From Utricularia gibba (Eukaryota > Plantae > Magnoliophyta), in assembly GCA_002189035.1 (NCBI GenBank), contig NEEC01000017.1:868001-932000 (forward strand): a DNA stretch of 64,000 nt. The letters run 5' to 3'. Each line of letters begins with the position of its first letter. Within the stretch, counting starts at the first letter, position 1. Made by a program: the position numbers and the translations under genes. Under the pieces are notes generated by a model. It saw nothing but the letters and a program-made list of their open reading frames with translations. It was not told where the DNA came from and searched no databases. Positions 60,546 through 64,000 of the stretch are shown here, in pieces.

Positions 60546-62241
60546 TCAGGAAAAAGAAGGTGGTATCTTGGGTATTCCCTGCCTCTGTAGCTCAACCATG
60601 ACGCTGTCGACGGACGGCGGTTTCAGACCGAGTGGCAACGGCATCCACGGCTTCGACAGCACATCCCCGATGGCAGCATCTACGGTTTCTGTCGACTGTA
60701 ATGCGTTTTACAGATATTAGAAATGCATGGCTAGTTGTTTTCAAGATACTCAAATTGAAAGACTGGAGGAGCTTACTGGGTGAATGTCGGAGGGGGGTTG
60801 AGGAAGTCTTTGGCTATGATGCATAGCCGGAACGGCGATGTTAGGCTGCGGTGGTGCTACGCTGGGGACGGACACAGCTGGGAATCTCTGAGCAATTGCC
60901 GGTGGTGGCGGAAGATGTGACGAAAAGCATGGCGTTCCTGGTGTTGGGACCTGTGAAGTGAGAAACAGCAGATCCAGTAGAGAAGTCAGTAGCAGCAGGC
61001 TATAAAACGATGAAGGGCCGGCGAATCGGTAGACTCACGTTGTGGAGGGGAATCCATAGGGAAGGGTCAGCTGAGGGCTGGGGACTGGGTGGTTGTGACG
61101 GTGCCGGCCAAGCCTGCGACGGTGCCGGTGACTGAGGCATATGGTTGGGTTGCCACATGTGCATATACGATGGGTCGACAGATGGATGACCCCATACATG
61201 GAGGGGCCTATACGGCGGCACCGATGGCACCGGAGGATATCCGATCGTGGGCGGCATAATCCATGTGCTCATATGGTCTTTGTTTGCCGAACCAGATCCG
61301 GCGGCTGCGGGTGCACCGTACATCTGCCGTCGCTGATTCCAATTCGCCGCCTCCGCCTCCCTCGCCAACAAGTGTTTTCGGTGGGAACGGTATTTCTGCA
61401 AAGTTGATGATTATATGAATCACAAAATTGGGAGACAAGGGAGAAGAAGAATTGGAAAGCTCCCACTTCTAATTCCTCCTAAAAATCAAATCCTCACAAA
61501 GAAAAGAAAAAGAATTACTTGGAGATGGCTTGCAACGTTATGGCGAGTTAGGCAATCAATTCCCATAAGTTCCAGAATTCTAGACGGCACCGCCTTGTCT
61601 ACTCCTAGCTTCTCTACCGCCTGCACAAATCTCCGGTGGAGCTCCGGCGTCCAATCCACCTGCAATCATCATCCAATAAGCCTAAGAAACTTAGAGTAGT
61701 TTCTTCGACTCTAAGCAAGACAGTGATGAAGCTACAGCTGCTAGATCTCAGTAATCATAAATACGAAGGCGAAAAGCAGAAGGGAAAAGTACTAGACTCT
61801 AGTGCTCATAGCCTTCCATGCCTACAAGAAAAGAGTGAAGTTCCTGATCTTGAGGAATTACCTTAACCTTCTTCTTCCCAGTTAGGCTTTTCGAACTAGG
61901 TGCAGTAGATCTCTTTTCCTTGGGGTAGATTTGTCGCCAAGGGGTTTTTTCTTCACTTGATCCGATGACGCTCTTTTCTCGTCCTTCATCTTCTTCGGCG
62001 GCAGCGCCGATTGCTCGTCGTCGGGAACAGTGAAATCGTGGAATATTTCTGGGTCCATTCCGGGGGAGGACAAGAGATCGGCATCGTTGATTCCGACAAA
62101 GAAATCATCGAAATCCAGGGTTTCGAGGAGATTCTCAACAGAGAAGTCTGAGAAATCGGTGCCCTGCAACGATGGATCTTGTTCCATTACTGCAGCCTCC
62201 CTTTCATTATTCAAGGCTCTTGGAGGAAGTATGACGAGCAT
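60546..62241 (-). CDS. GLK: GOLDEN2-like GARP transcription factor; exons 62241-61862, 61659-61519, 61395-61039, 60950-60777, 60695-60546; 1-bp deletion in exon 1 (61922-61925)
   Basis: [19 protein letters not shown]|[47 protein letters not shown]|[20 protein letters not shown] box [35 protein letters not shown]. Confidence 0.93.
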
Positions 62242-64000
62242 GACTCTGAGCGATGATCACCAACAGTTTGCGGTCGCCGTCGCCGTCGTCGTTGTTGCAA
62301 CTGGGGTGGAAGTAGAGAAGAAAGAGACGGGGAGTGGGAACAGTTGGATTTTCAACCACGGAGGAGGAAGAAACTGTCCGAATTTGTTTCTATGTCGCTG
62401 TTCCCTTCCCATCCCTTCTACTCTCCATACTTATGCATGCGAAAACATATTTTCTTTTCTTTTTTTATTTGAAAAAAAAAAACAACCCGATCCACATCTA
62501 CATTTTTTCATTGCAAAATTTTACCCAAACCAACTACATCCAAAGACTTAATTTTTGTCGCAAATTAATCAACAGATTCCACATTAGTTAATTCATCCAT
62601 CGAGTTGTACTATTTATTTGAATCAGAAATATAACTCCAAAAAAAAAAAAATACTAAAATCCGAATTTATTCGAATCGAGTTCATGAAAAGGTAGATTTT
62701 TAACTGTAGCGTGAAAAGGTCCAAAATGCCATTTCCGATCACGAGAGTAGGAGGAGCCGTTGGGGATGGGGCCCGGGAGGCGGAAAACCTTCCCGGATGG
62801 GTTTCGTCAAAGTGGAGGGAGGTACGTTGCTGGGTCACGACGATGCCCAAATGCAGCATAACCAACTGCTTGTCGCTCGCTCGCTCGCTCGGGTCTCCTT
62901 GCGCTCGGCTGAGCCCTACACAATTAAATAAATGCTTCTGCAGCAGCGCCGGTCAAATCCAACCGGTCCAGTTTTGAAACAGGACGTCGAAACCACTTCT
63001 GATTCGCAGGCCCTGCACTTTATGCGGCCTAGATCTTGACCGGAGGCCTTCCGCTTTCTTTTTCCGGCGTGACGAGCACAAGCTAGTACTGGAAAAAAAA
63101 AACGGTCTGTAATTCGGTTTTTCAACTCGTCACTTTTTACTTAAAATATTATATTGATTTAATAATATGTAGTCAATTATACTGACTAAAACGAAAAGGA
63201 TACTTGAATTTAAAAGTTGAGACACTTCACTTAAACCGTGTTCTGAAAATTTTTGAAGTATAGTTAAAAATGAAACAGAATTAAAAATAATAAAACAAGT
63301 ATTTTTATTTTTATTATCAGATTCTCGAAAATATTTTTCACCCTCAAACTCTTGACCTGTTCATATAATTTTTCAAAACACATCATTTCTATTTTCAATT
63401 TTTCAAAAAATTTATATTTATATTTTTTTACTTTTTCAAAAGTAAAATCAACATTCAAAAGTTTTGATAACATTATTTTAAGATCACTTTGGAAGTGGAT
63501 AATTGAATATTTATTTTTCAAATCACATATTAATAAAACTAAAAAACCAGAACAAGTCGATAGTTTATTCAGAAAAAAAGTTTTTTATTTATACTTTTAA
63601 AAATTTAAAATGAAATATTGATATTTTATTACAAGGGTGTTGTTAAATATGTATTTTATTATTCTAGTGGGTGAATGAGTGGACAGCCGACCCGTGGTTG
63701 CCATCAGTATCAGTTGGAATGGATCCAAAGTCATGATTGAACAACTTGGACTTAGGATAAGTGACATTAATCTCATCTTCTCCATTAAAAACCTAGGGTT
63801 TCTGCGCCACTACTTTTTCATTTCATCATTCATATCCCAATGTTTTCTTTTTTTTTTTATTTCCAACAAAAATAATTATATTTAAGAGAGCGTGGAAATT
63901 GAGAGTATGTATTTAATTTTTCAAAATTCTAATATTTAACCGTTGGGTAGTAAAATCAGAAATTCAATTTTTGTGACTAAATTCATAAATTATTGAATTT

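Noticed and set aside
63100-63700. AT-rich ORFs and a possible MITE upstream of GLK
   Set aside because: Low-complexity K/F/I-rich translations; no TIR or TSD resolved.

Overview
Gene-dense eudicot nuclear DNA. Fifteen host genes can be built with splice sites: a short DIVARICATA-type MYB, ABCG26, a TMEM245/AI-2E-like membrane protein, a TM RING-H2 E3, an RGI3/4-type LRR receptor kinase, histone H4, uridine kinase-like UKL, WSD1-like wax synthase, RALF, NF-YB, AAC3, clade-F PP2C, an EAR-motif ERF, reticulon RTNLB17/18-like and GOLDEN2-like GLK. Coding introns are mostly 60-110 nt and several intergenic gaps are under 500 bp. Transposons fill about 22 kb: a decayed Mutator element (~14.4-19.6 kb) and a retroelement nest (25.4-42.2 kb) made of a near full-length L1 LINE split inside its RT by a Copia element with an exact CTTCT target duplication, followed by further Copia/LTR debris. 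I found no convincing new biological system, and no rRNA, tRNA or CRISPR array. The most notable observations: (i) six single-base deletions in short homopolymers that break otherwise intact genes (UKL x2, ERF, RTNLB x2, GLK), most likely long-read consensus errors but biologically important if real; (ii) an in-frame stop at codon 15 of the RING gene; (iii) a probable NFD6 remnant at its syntenic position; (iv) the TE nest apparently lying between two different ancestral gene blocks; (v) several unexplained exon-like or ORF-like stretches. Arabidopsis gene names and neighbourhoods are recalled from memory, not searched.
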